From the NCBI GenBank assembly GCA_012813795.1, contig GCA_012813795.1_4087.1: DNA of 64,000 bases; one strand, written 5' to 3'. Every line of letters starts with the position of its first letter. The first letter of the stretch is position 1. Positions 32,273-41,511 of this stretch are shown here, in pieces. The notes below the pieces were generated by a model. That model made no database searches. It was not told the DNA's origin and saw only the letters and a list, made by a program, of their open reading frames with translations. The stretch comes from a phage. The position numbers and the translations under genes are program-made.

Positions 32273-34171
32273 TTAAAAGAATATATCACGTAGTAAATGT
32301 TCTATAACAGGTGCTGTCCAGCCATTACCAAGCATTTTGTACGCTTGTGTTGAACTACTAACTTTGAAGTAGTTTACATCAATTCCTTGCAACATGCAAC
32401 ACTCTTGTACTGTTAAATGACGATAGTCCACATTTCGTTTACCCTTCTCAATCAGGAAGTTCCTGTTGATATCAGGGTCTTTGAAAACGATTTGTCTTCT
32501 TGACTTATTGAAGTACTGATTCGGATCTCCACCCTTGAAGTAGTTTGCGTCAATGCAATATGATTTATCACGATCAGTATACCAATTACCAGTTAGTATA
32601 TCTTGTAATTTTGGTGCTAAAATAAGAGGTTTTGGAATAAACAACTTATCCGAGCTATACCAGTAGTAACGTTGGCGATAATGTGCTGTATAATTTTGTG
32701 AATTTATCAAAATTGGTGTCATTTCCAACACGCCATTGATATAATCCTTGAAATCTTCCTTCATCTTAACATTCTCAAAAAGAACTTTCAAGTTAGGATT
32801 GAGACTTTTTATGTGCTGGTAAATATCAACCATTGTATGGAATAACATACCACGAGGATCATTCACACCGCCTTGTTTCCCAGCAACTGACCACGCTTGG
32901 CAGTTATGAACTACAATATTGTTCGCCGTATATGTGTTATCTACTGCAACTTCAATATTGTAAACGGTTTTCCATTCTCCGGTTGTGGTGTTCGATTTAA
33001 CACCTTTTACCCATGAATATGACCCATCATCATAGAATGCTTCATCTTTTCGGTGCTTTTCTTTTTTGTATGTTAATACGTAATACGGCTTCTGATTAAC
33101 AACACGTTCTTCTATAACTTTTGTTTCAGACGGTTTAAAGTATGTTATGTTAGAATGACGACCATACACATTCATAATTAGTTGTTGTATACCAAGAATA
33201 ACATTCTTTGATGTTGATGTAAATTTTAAACAATCATCTTTCTTGTCATGGTGACCATCTGCGTCAAAATAACCATCAATGAATGCTTTCTGATTAGCGA
33301 TACTTTCAGTGAAAAGTGTGGGGTGTACTTGTTTATTTGAAGCACCCTTACCCATTTGTTCACAAAATTCAACTAGTTCTTTTGAACAAATATAGAATTT
33401 ATAAGATGTTCTTTCTTTAACAAAATTATATTTCATATTCATACCATCAAAACATGAAACCAATTCATCAAATTCATCATGAGCACAGCAAATAAAAACA
33501 CGATATTGATAACTATTTTTTCTATTTTGTCGTTTTACTTTGTAAGTCCATCCATCACCCATAAATCTACCCATGAAATACCAAAAGCTTTCACTCTTGT
33601 TATGTTGAAAATTCACATTACAACGAACATTACATATAGCATGTTCTTCTGTGAGTTCATGTGCATCGATCCATGTAGGTTCTGTATATTCACGAACATA
33701 TTGTCGTTTTTCATTATCCCACTTCTTGCTCATTTTTCTCGCATAAAATGGATGATTATCAGTGCATTCAATTGGTATATGTCCCTGACCTGTGATGATT
33801 CTTGTTGGTGCAATCTTGCTACCAATACTCAATACTTTTTGGTATTGTCCAGTGTGTGTAAGAACCATATCACCAATTTTTATATCTTTTATATCTTTAT
33901 GACCTTCATTTGTCATGATCATGGTTCCTGCTGGGAAGCAAGGAAAACCACCCATCAGAAGATCTATCTTGTCCCATTCGATATCCCATTCTTTCCATCT
34001 AGTTACATCACCCAATTGGATGATATCAGGAAAGTTAGCCTGGGATTCAGCTATAGCAAATTTATCAATTTCAGATGAGTAGTACTTTTCAACTGGTATT
34101 CCTGCACTTTGCAAGGCCATATACCCAACACTCATCCCATTGAATAGTGATAGTACACGTATCGGTTCCAT
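32273..34171 (-). CDS. C5-cytosine DNA methyltransferase precursor carrying an intein
   Basis: Motif I LSLFNGMSVG; motif IV split as GGFP|C...HN|CQAWSVAGKQ; ENV motif FENVKM; C-terminal QECCMLQG...GNGW. Confidence 0.85.
   Translation of the reverse strand: MEPIRVLSLFNGMSVGYMALQSAGIPVEKYYSSEIDKFAIAESQANFPDIIQLGDVTRWKEWDIEWDKIDLLMGGFPCFPAGTMIMTNEGHKDIKDIKIGDMVLTHTGQYQKVLSIGSKIAPTRIITGQGHIPIECTDNHPFYARKMSKKWDNEKRQYVREYTEPTWIDAHELTEEHAICNVRCNVNFQHNKSESFWYFMGRFMGDGWTYKVKRQNRKNSYQYRVFICCAHDEFDELVSCFDGMNMKYNFVKERTSYKFYICSKELVEFCEQMGKGASNKQVHPTLFTESIANQKAFIDGYFDADGHHDKKDDCLKFTSTSKNVILGIQQLIMNVYGRHSNITYFKPSETKVIEERVVNQKPYYVLTYKKEKHRKDEAFYDDGSYSWVKGVKSNTTTGEWKTVYNIEVAVDNTYTANNIVVHNCQAWSVAGKQGGVNDPRGMLFHTMVDIYQHIKSLNPNLKVLFENVKMKEDFKDYINGVLEMTPILINSQNYTAHYRQRYYWYSSDKLFIPKPLILAPKLQDILTGNWYTDRDKSYCIDANYFKGGDPNQYFNKSRRQIVFKDPDINRNFLIEKGKRNVDYRHLTVQECCMLQGIDVNYFKVSSSTQAYKMLGNGWTAPVIEHLLRDIFF
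32903..33940 (-). mobile_element. 346-aa intein with LAGLIDADG homing-endonuclease domain, inserted at the catalytic Cys of motif IV
   Basis: N-terminal block CFPAGTMIMT, block B CTDNHPF, LAGLIDADG motifs FMGRFMGDGW and FIDGYFDADGHH, C-terminal VVHN followed by Cys+1; no AGTACT in 1038 bp. Confidence 0.8.
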
Positions 34172-34370
34172 CTATAATCCTTTATAAAATAAAATACTGG
34201 ACGAATATTCGCCCAGTATTGTCCTTTTTAATACTATTTAAAACTTATGTGGATTTCTCTTTTTAAGACCATCCAGTACATCAGTAGGTAGAATTTCACG
34301 GAATGACCCCACTGGGATAAGGATCATTACATATTTCAATTGGAGTTTCCTCGTTGTATAAGATTGATTA

Positions 34371-34399
34371 ATTGTATAATATTATTGCTCCATTGTCAA
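34371..34399 (-). promoter_or_regulatory. sigma-70-type promoter
   Basis: TTGACA-N17-TACAAT. Confidence 0.6.
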
Positions 34400-34442
34400 G
34401 CAAAATATAATTCCTTATACATTCTTTCTCTCTGATACAAAC

Positions 34443-34471
34443 ATTATATCTCCTAATTTAGAAATCGTCAA
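34443..34471 (-). promoter_or_regulatory. sigma-70-type promoter
   Basis: TTGACG-N17-TATAAT-GTTTGT. Confidence 0.6.
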
Positions 34472-34709
34472 TACTTTTTTCTTGACACCATCGGGCAGTA
34501 CAGATGATTGCCGATGCAAGGATTGAAGCACTAGCACGACCACCGCCTAATATGTACTGACTGACCACACCAATCATATTGAACACTTTATCACTCTCGG
34601 ACAGTTGTTCAAAATCCTTTTTCCAAAATTCATATTCTTCGTCTGAAACTTCAAATTCACTACCCATATCATTTAAAATCTTTTTTAGTACTGCACTATG
34701 TTCACTCAT
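34458..34709 (-). CDS. hypothetical protein (83 aa)
   Basis: Start moved to MSEHSAVLKK. Confidence 0.5.
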   Translation of the reverse strand: MSEHSAVLKKILNDMGSEFEVSDEEYEFWKKDFEQLSESDKVFNMIGVVSQYILGGGRASASILASAIICTARWCQEKSIDDF

Positions 34710-34785
34710 CTTTATCACCATAACGTTCGTCGTAGTAATCATCATCACGGTCTAATGGTTCTTTTGGTTTTTCGCTCATATTTCC

Positions 34786-35046
34786 TCACATGGTAAACGT
34801 GTTATCACCATCCATGTCTTCATCAGTTGCTTCTGCTAAGGTCTTGATAGTTAATAATCCACGCTTCACATACAACATGAAAACCTTTTCATAATTACCA
34901 AACATGATTTCCGGTGACATGTAATTTTCTGTTACAATGACAATTGGTCGCCCCTGTGTCAGCATACGAAACATAGTGCGATATTTGTCAAATGTACGGA
35001 ATTCATCCATGTTCATCATGTGGCGTTTACGAACTACTGTAGTCAC
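34786..35046 (-). CDS. hypothetical protein (86 aa)
   Basis: ORF track. Confidence 0.5.
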   Translation of the reverse strand: MTTVVRKRHMMNMDEFRTFDKYRTMFRMLTQGRPIVIVTENYMSPEIMFGNYEKVFMLYVKRGLLTIKTLAEATDEDMDGDNTFTM

Positions 35047-35050
35047 TGTG

Positions 35051-35473
35051 TTACCCTTTCAATTGTTTCTCGATATGGAATGTATTGTATATCTTGTTGT
35101 ACACAGTGTCAATAATTTTCTTAACGTCTGCTAACTCTTCGACAGTTGTGCACACATCACTGATAGTACTTAACTGAAACAACTCTTCTTCAGTACTGTA
35201 CAGTGTTATATCAAATTTGTTGCGAAGTTCATCTTCGATAACGTATTGATTTGTGACAGTATATGATGCAATTTCAACATCCAACAACTTATCACCTTCA
35301 AAAACATTATAAATGAACACAAATGTTAGTTCTTCACTCTCATCATCACTGTAGCTTATATATACATTGTAATTTTCACCATGAAAATCAAGATTGTGCT
35401 CAAACCTATTATCAGGTACTAGTGAATCTATAGGCATTCCCTTTAACAAATCAAAACAATCTCTTGGGTTCAT
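35051..35473 (-). CDS. EEYFQ-motif paralog family member
   Basis: YSTEEELFQLSTISDV. Confidence 0.6.
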   Translation of the reverse strand: MNPRDCFDLLKGMPIDSLVPDNRFEHNLDFHGENYNVYISYSDDESEELTFVFIYNVFEGDKLLDVEIASYTVTNQYVIEDELRNKFDITLYSTEEELFQLSTISDVCTTVEELADVKKIIDTVYNKIYNTFHIEKQLKG

Positions 35474-35910
35474 TTTACATCCATTTGTCGCTGTTCATCA
35501 ATAAAAAAGATGTTAAAGATAGCTGAACGCATTTTTGTTAGCGTACTCATGAGATATTTTAAATCCTTGAAATCAATATTAAATGTTTGAACCAGTGATT
35601 CCTGGAAATACCCCTCTTCAGTAGTGCATTCACTTACATTTTGTACCTGATATATTTTGATAATATTATCATCACGAAGCATAATTTCTAAGTTATTGTT
35701 ATTAACATTGTGCACGATATACATCTGATCACCATATACCAGATTATTAACTGATAATGATAATACATTATTTTCAATAATAATCTTAAAGCAATTCTGA
35801 CCTACGTATGTGGTATTTTTAATTTGTTCTTCAGGATCAGTCAAACCATCGTTGATAAATTTAATTTTATTAAAAGTACTGATATATTTTTTAACTAATT
35901 TAATGTTCAT
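35470..35910 (-). CDS. EEYFQ-motif paralog family member
   Basis: CTTEEGYFQESLVQTF. Confidence 0.6.
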   Translation of the reverse strand: MNIKLVKKYISTFNKIKFINDGLTDPEEQIKNTTYVGQNCFKIIIENNVLSLSVNNLVYGDQMYIVHNVNNNNLEIMLRDDNIIKIYQVQNVSECTTEEGYFQESLVQTFNIDFKDLKYLMSTLTKMRSAIFNIFFIDEQRQMDVK

Positions 35911-36287
35911 TGCTTTACCTTAGATAGAGCATAATTCATTATTGACTTGATTTTTTGTAAATTGTCATATGACATTACATGTTTTTCAATTAATGATAGT
36001 TGAAATAATTCTTCTTCAGTTGAATTCAAGTAAACTTCTGAACCATCATAATTTTCAAAATCATAAAGGTATGAAAGACGGTCATCTATATACCAACCAA
36101 TCCATTCAATGGTGTTTCTTTCTTTGAAAACACAAGTATATGGATTATCTCTTGAATCTAAGGTTATGGTTAAACGTAAACATGAATTTGATTGTTGTAC
36201 ACTCTGTCTCCCATAATATACAGTAACCTCATCGGTTTCAATTGATTTATACAAAGCATCAATTTTTCTATCCAATTCATCTACCAT
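35907..36287 (-). CDS. EEYFQ-motif paralog family member
   Basis: NSTEEELFQLSLIEKH. Confidence 0.6.
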   Translation of the reverse strand: MVDELDRKIDALYKSIETDEVTVYYGRQSVQQSNSCLRLTITLDSRDNPYTCVFKERNTIEWIGWYIDDRLSYLYDFENYDGSEVYLNSTEEELFQLSLIEKHVMSYDNLQKIKSIMNYALSKVKQ

Positions 36288-36691
36288 AATCTTACCCTTT
36301 TCAATGCTTTAACTTCGTCAGTGCACGGGAACACAACGAATCCAGTTAATGTTAGACCATCAAAATGGTTGAATCCATAATCATGAATCTTAGTTGCAGT
36401 GAATCCTTCAGCTTTCACTTTATCGAATAGATTAAGCATCTGTTCTTCAGATTTAGCCTTTAAGATAATCTTGCGGCGACCGTCCTGTACCCAAGTACTG
36501 AAATCGTTCAGGATCTTTTCATCTTCATCTCTTGGGTTCTCACCAACAGCATTACAACCACGAATTGATGTACCAGCAACTGTAACCGTGGACCAGATAG
36601 AATCAACCGCATGACCCGCCTGAGCAGCAAGCTTCCCAACTGGCATATCTAAGTCTTCACGAATGATTATGTAACATTTACTTACTGTCAT
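36281..36691 (-). CDS. peptidyl-tRNA hydrolase, PTH2 family (136 aa)
   Basis: YIIIREDLDMPVGKLAAQAGHA and C-terminal HDYGFNHFDGLTLTGFVVFP match the PTH2 pattern. Confidence 0.7.
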   Translation of the reverse strand: MTVSKCYIIIREDLDMPVGKLAAQAGHAVDSIWSTVTVAGTSIRGCNAVGENPRDEDEKILNDFSTWVQDGRRKIILKAKSEEQMLNLFDKVKAEGFTATKIHDYGFNHFDGLTLTGFVVFPCTDEVKALKRVRLW

Positions 36692-37103
36692 CTACAATCT
36701 CCTTTTCATATTGCTCAAGTATCGAATAGATCTTATTGGAAATGTCCAATGTTTTAACATAATCACAGTACCTGATACACCCAAAATCATACAAAGTACT
36801 AACCATAAAGAATTCTTCTTCAGAGTACTTCTTTTCATTGAATGTAATGGTATTTGTAATTTTTCCAGATTCTGAATATTTTACATAGATAATACTACCA
36901 TTACTTATGTAATCTAATGTCTCTGAATACTTTTCAATACTAGAACTATGTCTAAATTGAATTCCTACAGATTTATCATACCAAAGAGATTTATTTCCGT
37001 CAGTAAGTATAGCATAATCAATCTTACGTTTATCATTGACACACATACCACAATCGGTAATTTTTAGTTTAGTGATATCAATATTCAACAGATCACTTAT
37101 CAT
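36678..37103 (-). CDS. EEYFQ-motif paralog family member
   Basis: KYSEEEFFMVSTLYDF. Confidence 0.55.
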   Translation of the reverse strand: MISDLLNIDITKLKITDCGMCVNDKRKIDYAILTDGNKSLWYDKSVGIQFRHSSSIEKYSETLDYISNGSIIYVKYSESGKITNTITFNEKKYSEEEFFMVSTLYDFGCIRYCDYVKTLDISNKIYSILEQYEKEIVDDSK

Positions 37104-37527
37104 CCAATTCTCCGAATTTGGTTAGAGCAAACACTTTTGCCTCATCATGCAGTTTGTGAATTAGTATGATATTATCATATGTTAAATCTAGTACATTGTC
37201 AACAAGTGAACGTTGAAATAGTATCTCTTCAGATGTGATTTCATGGATGTTTTCTATCTTAATTTCATTGAATGTATCAGTTTCATTTTCTCGCGTACTC
37301 ATGATCAACGTACCACTCGTTGAAATGTATGATATCTTGGTATCCACACCATCAATGGTTGCGTACAGGCGAATTATTTCATATGAATCAGTTAATCTTA
37401 CATTAACCTTAATTTCATCCTCTGTACAAAACCACACACTTTTAGCAAAGAAATTGACACGTACTTTCATATCTTTAAGTTTATTATTTTGGAAATATTT
37501 TAGTACTTTTTTGAATGATATAATCAT
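37093..37527 (-). CDS. EEYFQ-motif paralog family member
   Basis: ITSEEILFQRSLVDNVLDLTYDNI. Confidence 0.6.
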   Translation of the reverse strand: MIISFKKVLKYFQNNKLKDMKVRVNFFAKSVWFCTEDEIKVNVRLTDSYEIIRLYATIDGVDTKISYISTSGTLIMSTRENETDTFNEIKIENIHEITSEEILFQRSLVDNVLDLTYDNIILIHKLHDEAKVFALTKFGELDDK

Positions 37528-37544
37528 ATGTATCTCCTTTAGTA

Positions 37545-37940
37545 CTATATCGCATAGTACTTAAATAATGTTTTTAGATCATCAATAGTGAATGGTAAAT
37601 CCTCCAAAAGCAACTGTTGAAAGTAATGCTCTTCGTCAAGATACTTATGTATATTGATGAATGATTTTCTATGATAATCCGCTTTCCATGTAGGTCTTGT
37701 ACCCTTAGTATATTCAGTGAATACAATTTTGTCCATACCATAATCATACACGAATTCATTCTTTTCTGCAACCCCCTGATACTTTAGTTTTACCGGTTCT
37801 TTGCTGATAGAAAATTTATGCTCAGATGATTCATAATAGAATGATGATTGCTGATATTTTGATAAATCAATCTTTGAAAAATCATTTAGATAATAAGAAA
37901 GTTTAATTGTGACGATGCTGCCTATTCGACGACCCAACAT
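37545..37940 (-). CDS. EEYFQ-motif paralog family member
   Basis: LDEEHYFQQLLLEDLPFTIDDL. Confidence 0.6.
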   Translation of the reverse strand: MLGRRIGSIVTIKLSYYLNDFSKIDLSKYQQSSFYYESSEHKFSISKEPVKLKYQGVAEKNEFVYDYGMDKIVFTEYTKGTRPTWKADYHRKSFINIHKYLDEEHYFQQLLLEDLPFTIDDLKTLFKYYAI

Positions 37941-37955
37941 ACTTTTATCCTAATA

Positions 37956-37980
37956 TAAAAAATGCCCCTGGGAGGGGCAG
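37956..37980 (-). terminator. rho-independent terminator
   Basis: GCCCCT-CCC-AGGGGC followed by T6. Confidence 0.75.
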
Positions 37981-38089
37981 TACGAAAAGATATAAAATGT
38001 ACAATAAGAAATGGAAAATATAATAAATTAATTTTATTATAGAAGGGAGGAAAAATAACATAATAATATGTTAGCCATTACTGGCATAA

Positions 38090-38641
38090 TTATTTATCAT
38101 TAAGCTCTTTTAATTTAGTCTGAACATCTAGTGTTAATTTTCTTAGTTTCTTAAAGACAAAAGCACTGTCATCTAGTTCAAGTTTCATACCATGTGTAAT
38201 GGCATAAAGAACTTCAGCTTTAGCCAAATCATGACGCATCCAATTACCATTCTTATAGAGAGTCATTACACAAAAAGGGCAAACACTTTCAGATGTTTGA
38301 TGACCAATAAAAACGGATTGTATCGTATCATGTTGGAAATTAATAAATGACTCGTTAATTTTTTGAATTTCTGCAATTACATCAAGTTTAGCATCCGTAT
38401 TAATAGCAAAAATATTGTTCCCGTTGTCATCAGTATTGATGTTTAGCTCTATATCAGAACCTATTTTGCGTACTGCCATTGTATAAAGCAATAACTCATA
38501 CATGTCATATGACGTTACATCACCGCTTGGTGCAGTAACGTTAAGGTTAACACCGTGATGTGTAACTTCAGTACTGAATCCTTCTTTATCTGCTAGGAAA
38601 TTTACAATTTGGTTCGTGAATTTTTGAATTTGTTCGATCAT
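38090..38641 (-). CDS. hypothetical protein (183 aa)
   Basis: ORF track. Confidence 0.6.
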   Translation of the reverse strand: MIEQIQKFTNQIVNFLADKEGFSTEVTHHGVNLNVTAPSGDVTSYDMYELLLYTMAVRKIGSDIELNINTDDNGNNIFAINTDAKLDVIAEIQKINESFINFQHDTIQSVFIGHQTSESVCPFCVMTLYKNGNWMRHDLAKAEVLYAITHGMKLELDDSAFVFKKLRKLTLDVQTKLKELNDK

Positions 38642-38718
38642 ATTAAGTACTCCTTTACTTTGTCTTATTTAACAAATGAATATAAGGCTCCCGATTGAGA
38701 GCCTTATTTCTTTTTATA

Positions 38719-39156
38719 TTATGCGGTTTCTTCTTCGAACTTAGCGACGATATCAACCATTTCATTGATTAGTTTGATATGGTCATAAGTTACTGAACGG
38801 AAATCTACAACAAGTGACTGTTGGAAGAATTCTTCTTCTGGCAACCCACCATCAAAGTTGAGATCAACATTCTCATCATCATTAGTTGGTGCAACCTTGA
38901 TGTTGAAACTATTTTCATCAACAACCAGTTTAACTACACAACCCAAGCAGATAGATAGTACATATGCTGGTTTCTTAGCTGCTTCTTTACGGAAAGGTGC
39001 ACGAAGAGCACATACTACGCTACTAATTTCATCACCTTCTTCTTTATATTTGACGGTAATCATTAGCTCTTCAACTTTAATCGCTTCAATTACACGAGAA
39101 GGGTTTTCTGCGAAGAATGGGTTGTTACGGATTACTTGTTCAAGATTCATATTCAT
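38719..39156 (-). CDS. EEYFQ-motif paralog family member
   Basis: LPEEEFFQQSLVVDFRSVTYDHIKLI. Confidence 0.6.
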   Translation of the reverse strand: MNMNLEQVIRNNPFFAENPSRVIEAIKVEELMITVKYKEEGDEISSVVCALRAPFRKEAAKKPAYVLSICLGCVVKLVVDENSFNIKVAPTNDDENVDLNFDGGLPEEEFFQQSLVVDFRSVTYDHIKLINEMVDIVAKFEEETA

Positions 39157-39347
39157 TCCTTATTCATATCACTAAAGTTACGGAGATTGCGATTAGCTTT
39201 GAATTGTTTCAAATCACTGAATCGGTCATCAACCAAAAATGTTGCTGTTTCTGTTGCCTGACATGTTGTACAAACTAACATACCTTGTATTGTATACGCT
39301 GTATTGCAATTTGTACAGTACTTTTTTTCAATCAACTCGACGTTCAT
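39153..39347 (-). CDS. zinc-ribbon protein (64 aa)
   Basis: CTNCN...CTTCQ. Confidence 0.5.
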   Translation of the reverse strand: MNVELIEKKYCTNCNTAYTIQGMLVCTTCQATETATFLVDDRFSDLKQFKANRNLRNFSDMNKE

Positions 39348-39679
39348 AAAACCTTCACATCACTACGTTTATTTCGTGCGTCTTTCTTTTCCTCATCAGT
39401 TCGTGTATCATCTAATTGTAACACAACTTCTTTAAGAATGTCAACATCAATTTCAGCTTCTACGTAATGAAAGTCATTGCGACCAAAAACATACTTCACT
39501 GCAACCCATACACGCTTGTACCATTTAAGAAAAGGATTCAAACGCATACTGACTGTACATTGACCAAGTTTATCATCACCGTGTTCTTCTGTCAAGTCAA
39601 ATTGTGCAATGTGAACACAATGTTCATTTTTATCACCACAAGTACAACGCAACATAAACTCTTTGCTATCTTTACTCAT
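39344..39679 (-). CDS. hypothetical protein (111 aa)
   Basis: ORF track. Confidence 0.5.
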   Translation of the reverse strand: MSKDSKEFMLRCTCGDKNEHCVHIAQFDLTEEHGDDKLGQCTVSMRLNPFLKWYKRVWVAVKYVFGRNDFHYVEAEIDVDILKEVVLQLDDTRTDEEKKDARNKRSDVKVL

Positions 39680-40098
39680 ACTGGATATGCCTTTTCAAAC
39701 GATTTCAGAACACCAAACTTAGCAGCATCGTAATCAAATTGATAACTCAATTCACGATTTTCATTCATACGATATACCATATGAAAGTTTGGATAACCAA
39801 TTCTAACAGGTTTATTAGAATTAGCAAGGAGAATTGCCCATTCTTTTACAGGGAACACATTTTCCTGTAACATTTTAAGATTACGTTCAAAGTACTTCAT
39901 AGCTTGTGTGCCAATCTTGTATTCTTGTTCAGTAATCTCATCAATCTCTACACTTTTGGATTCTAAATCAAAAACCCAATTGTTATCTTCGTAGTATAAA
40001 TCTTTTACATCATCGATGGTATATGAATCTGGAAGATCATAAAAAATCCACGCTGATGCCCCTGAACTGGTAATGATACGAATTTTATAATACTTCAT
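39676..40098 (-). CDS. hypothetical protein (140 aa)
   Basis: Start moved to MKYYKIRI. Confidence 0.5.
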   Translation of the reverse strand: MKYYKIRIITSSGASAWIFYDLPDSYTIDDVKDLYYEDNNWVFDLESKSVEIDEITEQEYKIGTQAMKYFERNLKMLQENVFPVKEWAILLANSNKPVRIGYPNFHMVYRMNENRELSYQFDYDAAKFGVLKSFEKAYPV

Positions 40099-40261
40099 CA
40101 CGATCCTCATTACTGTTAATGTAATAGTAACAGACAATACAGTGTATTACCAATAAAATTAGTTCTATGATGTTAAGCATAACCACATGTGATTGTGGGA
40201 ACACCAGAGCCAATATCAACATTATAGTTGGAATGACGAATATTGTCAACTCTTTTTTCAT
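40085..40261 (-). CDS. possible 58-aa two-TM membrane protein
   Basis: My translation gives MKKELTIFVIPTIMLILALVF...; below track cutoff. Confidence 0.4.
   Translation of the reverse strand: MKKELTIFVIPTIMLILALVFPQSHVVMLNIIELILLVIHCIVCYYYINSNEDRDEVL
40221..40249 (-). promoter_or_regulatory. sigma-70-type promoter internal to the small membrane ORF
   Basis: TTGACA-N17-TATAAT. Confidence 0.55.
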
Positions 40262-40263
40262 GT

Positions 40264-40494
40264 TTATTCCTTAATATATGCATACGGCATAAAAACAACT
40301 TCAGCACCATCTACAGTATCAGCTATCACCTTAACAATACTTTCATTTTTGTTACATTGCCATACTTTTGTTATTTTATGCCTGAATACATTTCCATCTT
40401 TGACAATCCAGTACATGTTCATTTTAACAGTGCTTTCTTCACTTGGCACTAAAAGTTCATTTATTGGGGTTGCATCAAATGTTAGTTTGTTCAT
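40264..40494 (-). CDS. hypothetical protein (76 aa)
   Basis: Start moved to MNKLTFDATP. Confidence 0.45.
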   Translation of the reverse strand: MNKLTFDATPINELLVPSEESTVKMNMYWIVKDGNVFRHKITKVWQCNKNESIVKVIADTVDGAEVVFMPYAYIKE

Positions 40495-40747
40495 TTTTAT
40501 ATAAATCCAAAACATATTGTCCAAAATAAAGCTCAATAGCATCATTTACCATTTGAACCTCATTGCGATATATACCATTTCCACCACACACAGAACACAA
40601 ACACTGATACTGTGGTGTTTTTATTATAACACGACCAGCAGAAAATGACCTTATATCTTTTGCATAGTTCATCTCCATATATTCAAGTTCAAGAGTATGA
40701 TCTACATCCTTATTGTAACATATCCAACAAGTTCTTGAATGATTCAT
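40475..40747 (-). CDS. zinc-ribbon protein (90 aa), paralog of 40749..41024
   Basis: CWICYN...CSVCGGNG; start moved to MNHSRT after the upstream stop. Confidence 0.5.
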   Translation of the reverse strand: MNHSRTCWICYNKDVDHTLELEYMEMNYAKDIRSFSAGRVIIKTPQYQCLCSVCGGNGIYRNEVQMVNDAIELYFGQYVLDLYKNEQTNI

Positions 40748-40748
40748 A

Positions 40749-41024
40749 TCAGTTGAACCCCCATAAATGTGCAAATGAACTGTCATTTCTAACCAATTCT
40801 TTTGCATACGAACTAATTGCATTCACAACCATAATATTAACACAATTCAACTCATGAAGAACAAGTTCATTACCACATAATGAACAAGATGTACTATAAA
40901 ATGGTGTTGGTAATTTTATATAGCCACCTCTTAATGGAAAGACTTGTTCCTCTATTGTCAACATTGTATCAGACGGAGTGACAAACATCTCACATTCAAG
41001 ACAACAAATTTTCACTTTATCCAT
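40749..41024 (-). CDS. zinc-ribbon protein (91 aa)
   Basis: CCLECE...CSLCGNE. Confidence 0.5.
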   Translation of the reverse strand: MDKVKICCLECEMFVTPSDTMLTIEEQVFPLRGGYIKLPTPFYSTSCSLCGNELVLHELNCVNIMVVNAISSYAKELVRNDSSFAHLWGFN

Positions 41025-41511
41025 TATTCATCTCCTTCAGTACAGTTCTGATATCCTCAAAGGTCTGAACAAACCAGCGGTGTTCATCACTAACATCAAT
41101 GATCTTACCACTATACAAATAATAATGCTCAAACTTCAGAGTACTTTTACGCAATCGTTCAGCAAGTTCAGGATTCTGCATTATTTTAGCACATATCGCA
41201 TCCTGGATTACATTTAATCGCTCAGGTGTCATCTCTATACGGTCATGCATATATGTGTTTGCAGCGGCTTTCGCTGCGGCTCCTGACACCTTTCTAAGTT
41301 CTTCATGCTGTTGTCCAGTGAGGAACCAGAAATAAAAAGACTCAACCGAAGGAAACCATCCATATGGTTCTAGTGTAAAGCTATGGGGAGAAAAATTAGA
41401 TAAATCTCTCCCTAGCTTAGTTTTCCCTTTACTGTAGATATTGATATGCGTGTATCCATCTTCAGTACAGTCAATGTAGTTTTTTGGTTGTTCATCAGGA
41501 AATTCAAACAT
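41017..41511 (-). CDS. possible NADAR (YbiA/DUF1768)-like protein (164 aa)
   Basis: LSNFSPHSFTLEPYGWFPSVESFYFW and AKIMQNPELAERL resemble NADAR core motifs as I remember them. Confidence 0.35.
   Translation of the reverse strand: MFEFPDEQPKNYIDCTEDGYTHINIYSKGKTKLGRDLSNFSPHSFTLEPYGWFPSVESFYFWFLTGQQHEELRKVSGAAAKAAANTYMHDRIEMTPERLNVIQDAICAKIMQNPELAERLRKSTLKFEHYYLYSGKIIDVSDEHRWFVQTFEDIRTVLKEMNNG

Noticed and set aside
33479-34078. Long plus-strand ORFs antisense to strong minus-strand genes: 33479..34078 (199 aa), 45567..46001 (144 aa), 58957..59310, 56083..56427, 31679..32029, 28804..29139, 60212..60547, 37235..37564 and 61747..62064.
   Set aside because: Each lies entirely inside a minus-strand gene with recognisable motifs or family membership. 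Their sequences are low-complexity and rich in Ile, Phe, Ser and Leu, as expected for the reverse complement of AT-rich coding DNA. None has an SD or promoter.
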